A stretch of 39,817 nt of DNA from an uncultured Dechloromonas sp. (GTDB taxonomy: Bacteria > Pseudomonadota > Gammaproteobacteria > Burkholderiales > Rhodocyclaceae). Positions within the stretch are counted from its first letter, which is position 1, and each line of letters begins with the position of its first letter. The stretch lies in NCBI GenBank assembly GCA_964604765.1, contig CAZSAE010000001.1, forward strand, positions 1 through 39,817. The letters run 5' to 3'. Below the pieces are notes generated by a model. That model searched no databases. It saw nothing but the letters and a program-made list of their open reading frames with translations, and was not told the origin of the DNA. This document shows positions 31,334 through 39,817 of the stretch, one piece after another. Position numbers and translations under genes: made by a program.

Positions 31334-32092
31334 TTAGAAATCAAGCGCCCGTCTGATCTCGTCGTGCAATCGGTGAGCAAGTTGTTTGCGGCCGAGGTTG
31401 CCCGACCCCGGTTCGATGCGCATAGGCGCGCCGATCGTTAGGCGCACGACCAGTTGGCGCGCCGACAGAATGGCGCAAAAGCTTTGCCACAGCGAGGTGT
31501 CGCCGGCGTAAGCGGGTAATAGCGAGCGGTTACCCTGCGCGTCCTCGTAACGGAGTGCTACCGGCGTCACCGGCACATTGGCATCGATGGCCGGCTGGAG
31601 TAGCGCGCCGTGAAACGCATGCAGATGCGTGCCGTCGGTGGTGGTGCCTTCCGGGAAGACGGCAAGCCAGTGACCGCCTGCCAGGCGTTGCGCCATGTCG
31701 CGGCCGATGGTGTGGGCGTGGCCACGGCTACCGCGTTGCAGAAAGATCGTTTCGTTATGGCGCGCCAGCGTGCCGATGATGGGCCAGTGGATCACGTCAT
31801 CCTTCGAGACAAAAGCGACCGGTGTCAGTGCGTTGACCGCGAAGATATCGATCCAGCTCACATGATTGGCGGCGATCAGACCGCCTTCTGCCGGCAGCGC
31901 GCCCTCGATCTTCAAGGTGAAACCGAAGTGGCGCAGCAGTTCGCGCGACCAGCGATGACGTGTCCGACGACGTCGTTCCAGCGAATAAAAAGGAAAGGCG
32001 ACCGCCACCCAGACGAGTCCGCCGAGTAGGTGCGCGATGACGCGCGTACCTCGCACGAAGCGCAGTAGCTTCGGGGTCGGTTCGGTTGTCAT
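31334..32092 (-). CDS. Lysophospholipid acyltransferase (PlsC/OlsA-like)
   Basis: NHVSWID (HX4D) and VFPEGTT motifs. Confidence 0.9.
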   Translation of the reverse strand: MTTEPTPKLLRFVRGTRVIAHLLGGLVWVAVAFPFYSLERRRRTRHRWSRELLRHFGFTLKIEGALPAEGGLIAANHVSWIDIFAVNALTPVAFVSKDDVIHWPIIGTLARHNETIFLQRGSRGHAHTIGRDMAQRLAGGHWLAVFPEGTTTDGTHLHAFHGALLQPAIDANVPVTPVALRYEDAQGNRSLLPAYAGDTSLWQSFCAILSARQLVVRLTIGAPMRIEPGSGNLGRKQLAHRLHDEIRRALDF

Positions 32093-32102
32093 GGGCTAGG
32101 GG

Positions 32103-33041
32103 TTAGAGTGGTTCACCGAAAGCGGCTTCGAAACGCGTCGCAACGTGGGCGAAGTCGACCTTGTAGTTTTGCGGGCCGGCGTGCGCGATCTTGATCGCAC
32201 CCATCAGCGAAGCCAGACGACCGGCTTTCTGCCAGTCGTAGCCGTTGGCCAGGCCGAAGAGCAGGCCACCCCGGAAAGCGTCGCCGCAACCCGTCGGGTC
32301 GATGATGGCGTCCGGCTGCACGGTTTCGATATCGATGCGCTTGCCACCCGTGAAAATCCAGGCACCTTCGGCGCCCCGCGTCACCACCAACGCCGCGACA
32401 TTGTCGGCGAGTTGTTCCAGTGACTGACCGGTGCGTTCGCACAGCATCTGTGCTTCATAGTCGTTGACACAGGCGTAGGTGGCGAGCGACAGAAACTGTT
32501 TCAGATCGTCGCCGTCAAACATCGGCAGGCCCTGACCCGGGTCAAAGATGAACGGGATGTTGGCTTCGGCGAACTGGCGGGCGTGTTCGATCATGGCGTC
32601 GCGGCCATCCGGTGCGACGATACCGAGGCCAATGTTTTCGGCGTGCGCTACTTCGTTCAGATGCGCTTGCCCCATGGCGCCCGGGTGGAAGGCCGTGATC
32701 TGGTTATCGTCCAGGTCGGTCGTGATGAAGGCTTGAGCGGTAAAAGCGCCCGGCACCTTGCGCACGTATTTGCGCGACAGGCCATGCGCATCCAGGCGAT
32801 CCAGGTACGGAATGCCGTCTTCACCAATCGTGGCCATGATCTCCGCCTCGCCGCCCAGGCTGTGCAGCGCGTAGGCGATGTTGCCGGCGCAACCGCCGAA
32901 CTCCCGACGCATTTCCGGCACCAGAAACGCCACGTTCAAAATATGAATCTGCTCCGGCAGAATCTGATCGCGAAAGCGGCCGTTAAAGACCATGATGTTG
33001 TCAAAAGCGAGCGAGCCGCAGATCAGGATTTTCTTGCGCAT
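32103..33041 (-). CDS. PfkB-family carbohydrate/nucleoside kinase (adenosine kinase-like)
   Basis: GSLAFD, FGGCAGNIAY, FDPGQ, NDYE, DPTGCGDAFRGG. Start set at ATG 33041. Confidence 0.9.
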   Translation of the reverse strand: MRKKILICGSLAFDNIMVFNGRFRDQILPEQIHILNVAFLVPEMRREFGGCAGNIAYALHSLGGEAEIMATIGEDGIPYLDRLDAHGLSRKYVRKVPGAFTAQAFITTDLDDNQITAFHPGAMGQAHLNEVAHAENIGLGIVAPDGRDAMIEHARQFAEANIPFIFDPGQGLPMFDGDDLKQFLSLATYACVNDYEAQMLCERTGQSLEQLADNVAALVVTRGAEGAWIFTGGKRIDIETVQPDAIIDPTGCGDAFRGGLLFGLANGYDWQKAGRLASLMGAIKIAHAGPQNYKVDFAHVATRFEAAFGEPL

Positions 33042-33063
33042 GGTGATGATCGTTGAGTGAGGG

Positions 33064-33969
33064 TTATTCGGGGAGTTGGCCGACGAGCAGGCTCCAGCCT
33101 TCCTGGGTGTCGGCGACGCGCAGTTCCAGCCAAGGGCGGTAGATGCCAATCAGCTCTTCGGCCTGTTCGGCGAGCAGGCCAGCCAGCACCAGCGAAGCGC
33201 CGGGCTTGAGGCGCGATGTCAACGCTGGCGCCAGAATACGCAGCGGGTTGGCCAGAATATTGGCCAGCACCACGTCGTAGGTTTGCGTGTCGTAAGGTGT
33301 CGGCAGTTTGTCGCTGGCGTCAAAGAAAGCGGCGGTGACCGCGTTGGCTTCAGCATTGTCGTGCGCCGAGCGCACGGCCTGCGGGTCGATGTCGACGCCA
33401 ACGACTTCGCGCGCGCCGAGTTTGGCGGCAGCGATGGCCAAGATGCCGGAGCCGCAGCCATAGTCGAGCACGTTACCGGTTGGGCGTTCGCGCACCAACC
33501 ATTGCAGGCACATGCGGGTCGTCGGGTGACTGCCGGTGCCGAAAGCCAAGCCCGGATCCAGCACCAGATTGATCGCCTCGGCGCTGGTGTCCGGTGGCGT
33601 ATGCCAACTCGGCACGATCCACAGCGGTCCGCCGATGGGAATCGGATCGAACTGCGCCTGTGTGGCGCGCACCCAGTCAGTTTCGGGGACCTCTTCGATC
33701 GTGAGCTCGGCGGCAACGTCGAGTTCTGCGGCGCAGACGGCAACGATGTCGTGCACCGGTTGCTCGGCGTCGAACAGCGCCGACAGCACGGAACGCGCCC
33801 AGACGGTGTGTGTTTCCATGCCGGGTTCGCCATACTGCGGTGTTTCGGCGGGGGTGCCGGCATCGGCATCCTCGACGGTCACCGACAAGGCGCCGGCCTC
33901 CATCAAAGCGTCGCCGAGCGCCTCGGCTTGTTGCGCGTCCGCGATGATGCGCGCATTAACCCAAGGCAC
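33064..33969 (-). CDS. prmA: 50S ribosomal protein L11 methyltransferase
   Basis: DPGLAFGTGSHPTT, LDYGCGSGIL, ANILA; GTG start abuts the accC stop. Confidence 0.96.
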   Translation of the reverse strand: MPWVNARIIADAQQAEALGDALMEAGALSVTVEDADAGTPAETPQYGEPGMETHTVWARSVLSALFDAEQPVHDIVAVCAAELDVAAELTIEEVPETDWVRATQAQFDPIPIGGPLWIVPSWHTPPDTSAEAINLVLDPGLAFGTGSHPTTRMCLQWLVRERPTGNVLDYGCGSGILAIAAAKLGAREVVGVDIDPQAVRSAHDNAEANAVTAAFFDASDKLPTPYDTQTYDVVLANILANPLRILAPALTSRLKPGASLVLAGLLAEQAEELIGIYRPWLELRVADTQEGWSLLVGQLPE

Positions 33970-35331
33970 TTATTTGCGCTCGACTTCTTTTTTCTCGGCC
34001 AGCATTTCTTCCAGATAGTGAATGCTGGCGCCGCCGTCCACGAAGCCTTTGTCGCGCATCAGCTCGTGATGCAGCGGAATGTTGGTCTTGATACCTTCGA
34101 CCAGCATTTCCGACAGCGCGATACGCATCTTGCGGATGGCCTGGTCGCGAGTTTCGCCATAGGCGATCAGCTTACCGATCATCGAATCGTAGTGCGGCGG
34201 TACCTTGTAGCCTGCGTACACATGCGAATCGACGCGGATGCCCGGACCGCCCGGCGTGTGCCAGGCATTGATCGTGCCCGGTGACGGGACGAAGGTGTAG
34301 GGGTCTTCGGCGTTGATCCGGCATTCGATGGCGTGGCCGCGGAAAACAATGTCCCGCTGCTTGAAGCGTAGCTTTTCGCCGGCGGCAATGCGGATCTGCT
34401 CCTGCACGATGTCGACCCCCGTGATCATTTCGGTGACTGGGTGCTCGACCTGCACGCGCGTGTTCATTTCAATGAAATAGAATTCGCCGTTCTCGAAGAG
34501 AAACTCGAAGGTACCGGCGCCGCGATAACCGATCTTGCGACAGGCTTCGGCGCAGCGCTCGCCGATCTTCTCGATCAGCTTTTCCGGGATGCCCGGTGCC
34601 GGGGCCTCTTCGATCACCTTCTGGTGCCGGCGCTGCATCGAACAGTCGCGCTCACCCAGATACACGGCGTTGCCGTGCGTGTCGGCCAGTACCTGGATTT
34701 CCACGTGACGCGGATGCTCCAGGAACTTCTCCATGTAGACCGTCGGATTGCCGAAAGCGGTCTGCGCTTCCTGCTTGGTCATCTGCACGGCGTTGAGCAG
34801 CGCGGCTTCAGTATGCACGACGCGCATGCCTCGCCCACCGCCACCGCCGGCCGCCTTGATGATAACGGGGTAACCGACTTCGCGGGCGATGCGGACAATC
34901 TCCTTGTGGTCATCCGGCAGCGCCCCTTCCGAACCGGGCACGCAGGGCACGCCGGCTTTTTTCATGGCGTCTTTGGCCGAAACCTTGTCGCCCATCAGGC
35001 GAATCGTGTCGGCCTTGGGGCCAATGAACACAAACCCACATTGCTCGACGCGCTCCGAGAAGTCGGCGTTTTCCGAGAGGAAGCCGTAACCCGGATGGAT
35101 TGCTTCGGCATCGGTGACTTCGGCGGCCGAGATAATGGCCGGCACGTTCAGATAGCTGTCTTTCGATGCGGCTGGGCCGATACAGACCGACTCGTCGGCC
35201 AGCTTGACGTATTTGGCGTCGCGATCGGCTTCGGAGTGCACGACCACGGTTTTGACACCCAGTAGGCGGCAGGCGCGCTGGATGCGGAGGGCGATCTCGC
35301 CCCGGTTGGCGATCAGGATCTTTCCGAACAT
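33970..35331 (-). CDS. accC: Acetyl-CoA carboxylase biotin carboxylase subunit
   Basis: [47 protein letters not shown]. Confidence 0.98.
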   Translation of the reverse strand: MFGKILIANRGEIALRIQRACRLLGVKTVVVHSEADRDAKYVKLADESVCIGPAASKDSYLNVPAIISAAEVTDAEAIHPGYGFLSENADFSERVEQCGFVFIGPKADTIRLMGDKVSAKDAMKKAGVPCVPGSEGALPDDHKEIVRIAREVGYPVIIKAAGGGGGRGMRVVHTEAALLNAVQMTKQEAQTAFGNPTVYMEKFLEHPRHVEIQVLADTHGNAVYLGERDCSMQRRHQKVIEEAPAPGIPEKLIEKIGERCAEACRKIGYRGAGTFEFLFENGEFYFIEMNTRVQVEHPVTEMITGVDIVQEQIRIAAGEKLRFKQRDIVFRGHAIECRINAEDPYTFVPSPGTINAWHTPGGPGIRVDSHVYAGYKVPPHYDSMIGKLIAYGETRDQAIRKMRIALSEMLVEGIKTNIPLHHELMRDKGFVDGGASIHYLEEMLAEKKEVERK

Positions 35332-35336
35332 GGCGA

Positions 35337-35789
35337 TCAGCCGATAACGAAGAGGGGTTCGCCGAATTCGACCGGCTGGCCGTTTTCAACCAGAATGGCT
35401 TTGATCACGCCGGAGGCATCGGCTTCGATTTCATTCAGGAGCTTCATGGCTTCGACGATGCACAGAGTCTGACCTTCCTTGACACTGTCGCCGACCTGCA
35501 CGAACGCGCTGGCTTCCGGCGATGACGCGCGGTAGAAGGTACCGACCATGGGGCTCTTCACGACGTGCCCAGCGGGCAGAGCAGGCGCCGATGCTTCGGC
35601 GGCGGCTGGGGCGGTAGCTGCCGGTGCGGCGTGGGCGACGGGCGCCGCGGCATACACCTGGTGCGCGACAGGCGCGCTGGTCAGTTGTTTGGCAATGCGG
35701 ACCTTTTCTTCACCCTCGGTGACTTCGAGTTCCGAAATGCCGGATTCCTGAACCAGGTCGATCAGTTTTTTTAGTTTACGCAGATCCAT
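35337..35789 (-). CDS. accB: Biotin carboxyl carrier protein
   Basis: [12 protein letters not shown], Ala/Pro linker, [12 protein letters not shown] biotinylation site. Confidence 0.98.
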   Translation of the reverse strand: MDLRKLKKLIDLVQESGISELEVTEGEEKVRIAKQLTSAPVAHQVYAAAPVAHAAPAATAPAAAEASAPALPAGHVVKSPMVGTFYRASSPEASAFVQVGDSVKEGQTLCIVEAMKLLNEIEADASGVIKAILVENGQPVEFGEPLFVIG

Positions 35790-35838
35790 GTGGGTCTCCC
35801 GAGTGGTGTCTTGAGATTAAAAGAGGGGGCGAATGGAC

Positions 35839-36333
35839 TCAGGCTTTGGCCGGGTCCAGATTGTCCGACAACGCGGCGACGATGTAATCCAGCGCCAGGA
35901 GATAACCCTGAGCGCCCAGACCGGTGATGGTGCCTACGGCCTTGTCGGAGAAATAAGAATGATGACGGAACGGTTCACGGGCGTGCACGTTCGAGAGATG
36001 CACCTCGATGAACGACAGGTCCGAGGCCAGCACGGCATCGCGCAGAGCGACGCTCGAATGCGTAAAGCCACCGGGGTTGATGATCAGAAAATCGAAACCT
36101 TCGTTGCGCGCCGCGTGCAAACGTTCGATCAGTGCGCCTTCGTGGTTGCTCTGGAAAGTTTCCAGCACAATGCCGGCACGTTCGGCGCGTTGCGTCAGCG
36201 CCCGATCGATGTCGTCCAGCGTAGTGAAGCCGTACAGATGCGGTTCGCGTTGGCCGAGCAGGTTCAGATTCGGGCCGTTCAGGACCAGGACCTTGCCGAG
36301 TTGTTCGGCACAGGGTTGAGCTTGGCTATTCAT
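35839..36333 (-). CDS. aroQ: Type II 3-dehydroquinate dehydratase
   Basis: [38 protein letters not shown]. Start set at ATG 36333 (uncertain). Confidence 0.96.
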   Translation of the reverse strand: MNSQAQPCAEQLGKVLVLNGPNLNLLGQREPHLYGFTTLDDIDRALTQRAERAGIVLETFQSNHEGALIERLHAARNEGFDFLIINPGGFTHSSVALRDAVLASDLSFIEVHLSNVHAREPFRHHSYFSDKAVGTITGLGAQGYLLALDYIVAALSDNLDPAKA

Positions 36334-36387
36334 CGGTGCATTATCCCCCAATTATCGGCAGAGTTCCAGGAAGTTCGCGGCCATATC

Positions 36388-36414
36388 GCCACAAAAGGCC
36401 ACAACAAGCCACAA
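36388..36414. repeat. Three GCCACAA direct repeats in exact 10-bp phase
   Basis: GCCACAA-aag-GCCACAA-caa-GCCACAA starting at 36388, 36398 and 36408 in the tlpA-aroQ gap. Confidence 0.85.
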
Positions 36415-36426
36415 TATCGTGACTAG

Positions 36427-36984
36427 TTACTTGGTGGCCTTGGTCAGATCCGCTTCCAGGTCCTTGCGGGTGTAAATACCAAAATGACGATTCGTGATGC
36501 TTTCTTTGGCGTTGATGATTACCGTAAACGGGATGGCGTCGTAACGGTTGCCCAGTTCGCGCGAGAGGTCAAAGCCGGGTTGACCGCTCACGACAATGGG
36601 GTAATCAACCGGTGTTTTCTTGAGAAATGCCTTGATGTTATCGGCCTGATCGGCGGCGATGCCGACAAAAACCACACCTTTGTCTTTCCATTGGTCTTGT
36701 ACTTCATTGAACATCGGCATTTCTTCAACGCAGGGCGGACACCAGCTCGACCAGAAATTCACGACCACGGTTTTACCGCGCAATGCGGTTAGGTCGACGA
36801 TCTTGCCGTTAATGTCTGTGAATTTGCTGTCAAAAAATTTTGCCGAGACTTGCGGCCCGTTATGGGCGTTCTGCGCGCTATCAAATTTTGAACAAGCGGC
36901 GGTCAAGCTGACCAGGGCTAGCAGAGCCAGCCAGCCGGCCAGGCTGCGCAAACGGTGCATGGGTGAAGTCATCCGAGGGGGCAT
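36427..36984 (-). CDS. TlpA/ResA-family thiol-disulfide reductase, probable lipoprotein
   Basis: VVNFWSSWCPPCVEEMP, IPFTVII; lipobox-like TAAC after a hydrophobic stretch. The start may be at a downstream Met. Confidence 0.9.
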   Translation of the reverse strand: MPPRMTSPMHRLRSLAGWLALLALVSLTAACSKFDSAQNAHNGPQVSAKFFDSKFTDINGKIVDLTALRGKTVVVNFWSSWCPPCVEEMPMFNEVQDQWKDKGVVFVGIAADQADNIKAFLKKTPVDYPIVVSGQPGFDLSRELGNRYDAIPFTVIINAKESITNRHFGIYTRKDLEADLTKATK

Positions 36985-37092
36985 ATGGGTTTCCGTGACA
37001 TGAGTCGTTGTGCAGATGGCGTCATTTTATCGAACAATTGGCCGAATGTTGCGCGCATGTTGTGCACATATTCCCGGTAAATGCCGAGAGGT

Positions 37093-37701
37093 TCACGCCA
37101 TGATGGCTTCTGCCGCCATGCGCGCGCGCACCACATCGGCCCGGGCGCGTTCGCGCACCGAGCCATCGTGTTTTTTGAAAACCACCCGTTCGTCGTGGCT
37201 GGGATAGATCACCAGGTTGGTCACCAGGTCGTTGCGTGCGACTTGCAGCACGGCGCTGGTGCGCTCGTTGCGCGGCGGAATGTGCTCATAGGCGATGCCC
37301 TGATTGAGTAGAAAGATTTCCACGTCCTTGTCGCTGTCCGGGTAGAGCAGGATATCGATCATGGCGAAGCGACCCGCCGTGCCTTCGAGAACCGAGCCCG
37401 TCAGATACGGATGAAAATCGGCCAGGGCGTCCATCCAGTACAGTGCTTCCTCGCGCATGGCGACGATACGCTCGCGCTGTTCCGTGTCGTGAAAGATCGC
37501 CTGATGCGTGCGTAATGCGTCGTACACCGCCTGCGTGGTCGGCAGGCCGATCCATTCCGGTAAATTCAGCTGGTGCGCCGCCTTGCGTTTGGCCAGTTCC
37601 ACATCCTCCAGACCGTCTTCGGCCATCAGGCGGGCGGCCACGGCGGCGATATACGCGGTGCCGTTGTTCTGCATGCCGGTAGGGCGTCGTCGGTGGCGCA
37701 T
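37093..37701 (-). CDS. Conserved hypothetical protein with a nucleotidyltransferase-like core
   Basis: AARLMAEDG...AKRKAA, LPT, F.PYLTGSVLEGTAG, D..KDVEIFLLN. From recall, this family sits divergent from mpl and upstream of tlpA in betaproteobacteria. Start set at ATG 37701 (GGAG RBS). Confidence 0.8.
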   Translation of the reverse strand: MRHRRRPTGMQNNGTAYIAAVAARLMAEDGLEDVELAKRKAAHQLNLPEWIGLPTTQAVYDALRTHQAIFHDTEQRERIVAMREEALYWMDALADFHPYLTGSVLEGTAGRFAMIDILLYPDSDKDVEIFLLNQGIAYEHIPPRNERTSAVLQVARNDLVTNLVIYPSHDERVVFKKHDGSVRERARADVVRARMAAEAIMA

Positions 37702-37788
37702 CTCGAGTCTCCGGGGCAGGTACAATGCGTTCCATTCTAAACCTACCGGATGCAGATTGCGCCGGTGTGACGCGAAAACGGAAAAACG

Positions 37789-39150
37789 ATGCATCTGCAT
37801 ATTCTGGGTGTTTGCGGCACCTTCATGGGCGGCCTGGCGCAACTGGCGTGTGCCGCAGGACATAAAGTCACGGGTTGTGATGCCGGCGTGTATCCGCCAA
37901 TGAGTGATCAGCTACGCGGCGCCGGCATCGAACTCATCGAAGGCTACGACCCCTCGCAACTGTCGTTAAAAGCCGACGTTTACGTCATCGGTAACGCCAT
38001 CTCGCGCGGCAACCCATTGCTTGAAGCAATTCTGGATGCCGGTTTGCCCTATGTCTCTGGGCCGCAGTGGTTGGCCGAACATATTTTGCAAGGGCGCTGG
38101 GTGCTCGGCGTTGCCGGTACGCACGGTAAGACCACCACCGCCTCGCTGCTCGCCTGGATTCTGGAAGACGCCGGTCTGGCGCCGGGCTTCCTCATCGGTG
38201 GCGTGCCGCGCAATTTCGGCGTCTCGGCGCGACTGCATGGTGACCTCAAGGATTCGCCCTTCTTCGTCATCGAAGCCGACGAATACGACACGGCCTTCTG
38301 CGACAAGCGCTCCAAGTTTGTGCACTACCGGCCGCGCACCGTCATCCTGAACAACCTCGAATTCGATCACGCCGACATCTTTAGCGACCTGGCTGCCATC
38401 GAAACCCAGTTTCATCACCTGGTGCGCACGATGCCGGGCAATGGGCTGATTGTTTCCAACGCCGCCGAACCCGCGCTCAATCGTGTGCTCGAGCGCGGTT
38501 GCTGGACACCGGTTGTTGGTTTTGGTGCCAACAGCGGCTTCACGGTAGACGGCGATGACGCCACCGGCCGCATGACGGTCCGCGAAGGCGATGCCGTCGT
38601 TGGCGAAATCACCTGGGCGCTCACCGGCGATCACAACCGCATGAACGCTCTGGCTGCCATACTTGCCGCACGTCATGCCGGCGTGCCTTTGGATAAAGGT
38701 CTGGAGGCGCTGTCGCGTTTCGAGAATGTCAAACGTCGCATGGAAGTGCGTGGTGTCGAACGTGGCGTGACCGTCTACGATGATTTCGCCCATCACCCCA
38801 CCGCCATCGCCACCACAGTCAGCGGTCTACGCCGCAAGGTCGGCGATGCGCGCATTCTGGCCGTGATCGAACCGCGTTCCAACACCATGAAGCTCGGTGT
38901 CATGAAAGATCAGTTGCCGGGCAGCCTGGCTGATTGCGACCAGGTCTATTGCTACGGCGCCAACCTGGGTTGGGACGCTGCCGATGCGCTGCACCCGATG
39001 GGACCGCGCGCCGAAGTGTACGAGGATTTTGACGCCATGCTGAAGGCAATCGTAGGGAACGCCCAGGCGGGCGATCATATCCTCGTCATGAGTAACGGTG
39101 GTTTTCAGGGAATCCACAACAAGTTATTGGAAGCCCTGTTATCATCGTGA
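37789..39150 (+). CDS. mpl: Murein peptide ligase
   Basis: MHLHILGVCGTFMGGLA, GTHGKTTT, EADEYD, NNLEFDHADIF, DDFAHHPT, EPRSNTM, MSNGGF. Confidence 0.97.
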   Translation: MHLHILGVCGTFMGGLAQLACAAGHKVTGCDAGVYPPMSDQLRGAGIELIEGYDPSQLSLKADVYVIGNAISRGNPLLEAILDAGLPYVSGPQWLAEHILQGRWVLGVAGTHGKTTTASLLAWILEDAGLAPGFLIGGVPRNFGVSARLHGDLKDSPFFVIEADEYDTAFCDKRSKFVHYRPRTVILNNLEFDHADIFSDLAAIETQFHHLVRTMPGNGLIVSNAAEPALNRVLERGCWTPVVGFGANSGFTVDGDDATGRMTVREGDAVVGEITWALTGDHNRMNALAAILAARHAGVPLDKGLEALSRFENVKRRMEVRGVERGVTVYDDFAHHPTAIATTVSGLRRKVGDARILAVIEPRSNTMKLGVMKDQLPGSLADCDQVYCYGANLGWDAADALHPMGPRAEVYEDFDAMLKAIVGNAQAGDHILVMSNGGFQGIHNKLLEALLSS

Positions 39151-39199
39151 CAGGCTAAAAGATTAGCCAACTTATTTTCCCCAATCAGGAGTTATCCGC

Positions 39200-39799
39200 A
39201 TGAAAAAATCGCTGTTGCTCGCCGCACTGCTGGCTACCGCCGGTTTCTCTGTTCAAGCTCAAACCGCCGCCCCGGCTGCTCAGCAGGCTTCGGGTCAAGT
39301 AACCCCGGTCGCCGCTGAAGTCGTCGTGCTCACCGCTACCGTGGATTCGGTGGATGCCAAGACCCGCACGGTCGTTCTGAAGAATGATCAAGGTCAGCTG
39401 GCTCCGATGAAGGTCGGCAAGGGCGTCACCAACTTCAACAACATCAAGAAGGGCGACATCTTCGTCGTCGAATACGCACAAGCCGTCGCTGTTGGCCTGA
39501 CGCCTGCACCGAAGGGTACCCAACCGGGCGTTTCGGCCACCCGTGGTGTGAAGGTGCAGGACGCAGCCAACAAGAAGCCGTTTGCAGAAGAAACCGACAC
39601 CATCTACGCTACCGCCAAGATTCAGAGCGTCGACGCCAAGGCCCGCACGGCCGTGCTGACCACGCCGGACGGCAAGACCCTGAAGGTCAAGGTCGACAAA
39701 GCAGTTCTGGGCCTGGAGAACTTCAAGGCCGGTGATGAAGTGCTGGTTGAGTACGTGCAGGACATCGCCGTCGGCTTCGTGAAGCCTGCCAAGAAATAA
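39200..39799 (+). CDS. Secreted hypothetical protein with two tandem ~56-aa beta-rich repeats
   Basis: Sec signal MKKSLLLAALLATAGFSVQA, strong AGGAG RBS, internal duplication (aa 45-100 vs 138-193). Confidence 0.85.
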   Translation: MKKSLLLAALLATAGFSVQAQTAAPAAQQASGQVTPVAAEVVVLTATVDSVDAKTRTVVLKNDQGQLAPMKVGKGVTNFNNIKKGDIFVVEYAQAVAVGLTPAPKGTQPGVSATRGVKVQDAANKKPFAEETDTIYATAKIQSVDAKARTAVLTTPDGKTLKVKVDKAVLGLENFKAGDEVLVEYVQDIAVGFVKPAKK

Positions 39800-39817
39800 T
39801 TCGGCTGCTGCTTCAAA

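Overview
A GC-rich, very gene-dense stretch of core chromosome from a betaproteobacterium; the gene content and order look Rhodocyclales-like, which is an inference. It carries, in order: gatB(partial)-gatA-gatC on the minus strand; mreB-mreC-mreD-mrdA-rodA-rlpA-ybeD-lipB-lipA on the plus strand; a ~13.7-kb minus-strand run (ubiB, Na+/solute symporter, VanZ-like protein, [2Fe-2S] ferredoxin, alpha/beta hydrolase, cutA, dsbD, ribE, ribBX, ribH, nusB, thiL, pgpA, cinA/pncC, purT); argS-SPOR-dsbA; a stand-alone class I phaC; a 58-aa Cys-motif ORF missed by the ORF track; pcm; the minus-strand run NTase-like, tlpA, aroQ, accB, accC, prmA, pfkB kinase, acyltransferase; mpl; and a secreted protein made of two tandem repeats. 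I see no mobile element, prophage, CRISPR array, rRNA, tRNA or defence island, and I cannot support a claim of a large novel system. The best leads are small: a triple GCCACAA repeat in exact 10-bp phase upstream of aroQ-accBC, the unannotated 58-aa ORF, overlapping divergent -10 elements that imply a leaderless argS mRNA, the duplicated-domain secreted protein, a degenerate nucleotidyltransferase-like protein, a Tat-like signal on DsbA, and a His-rich symporter tail. All family assignments are from motif recognition by eye; no database search was run.
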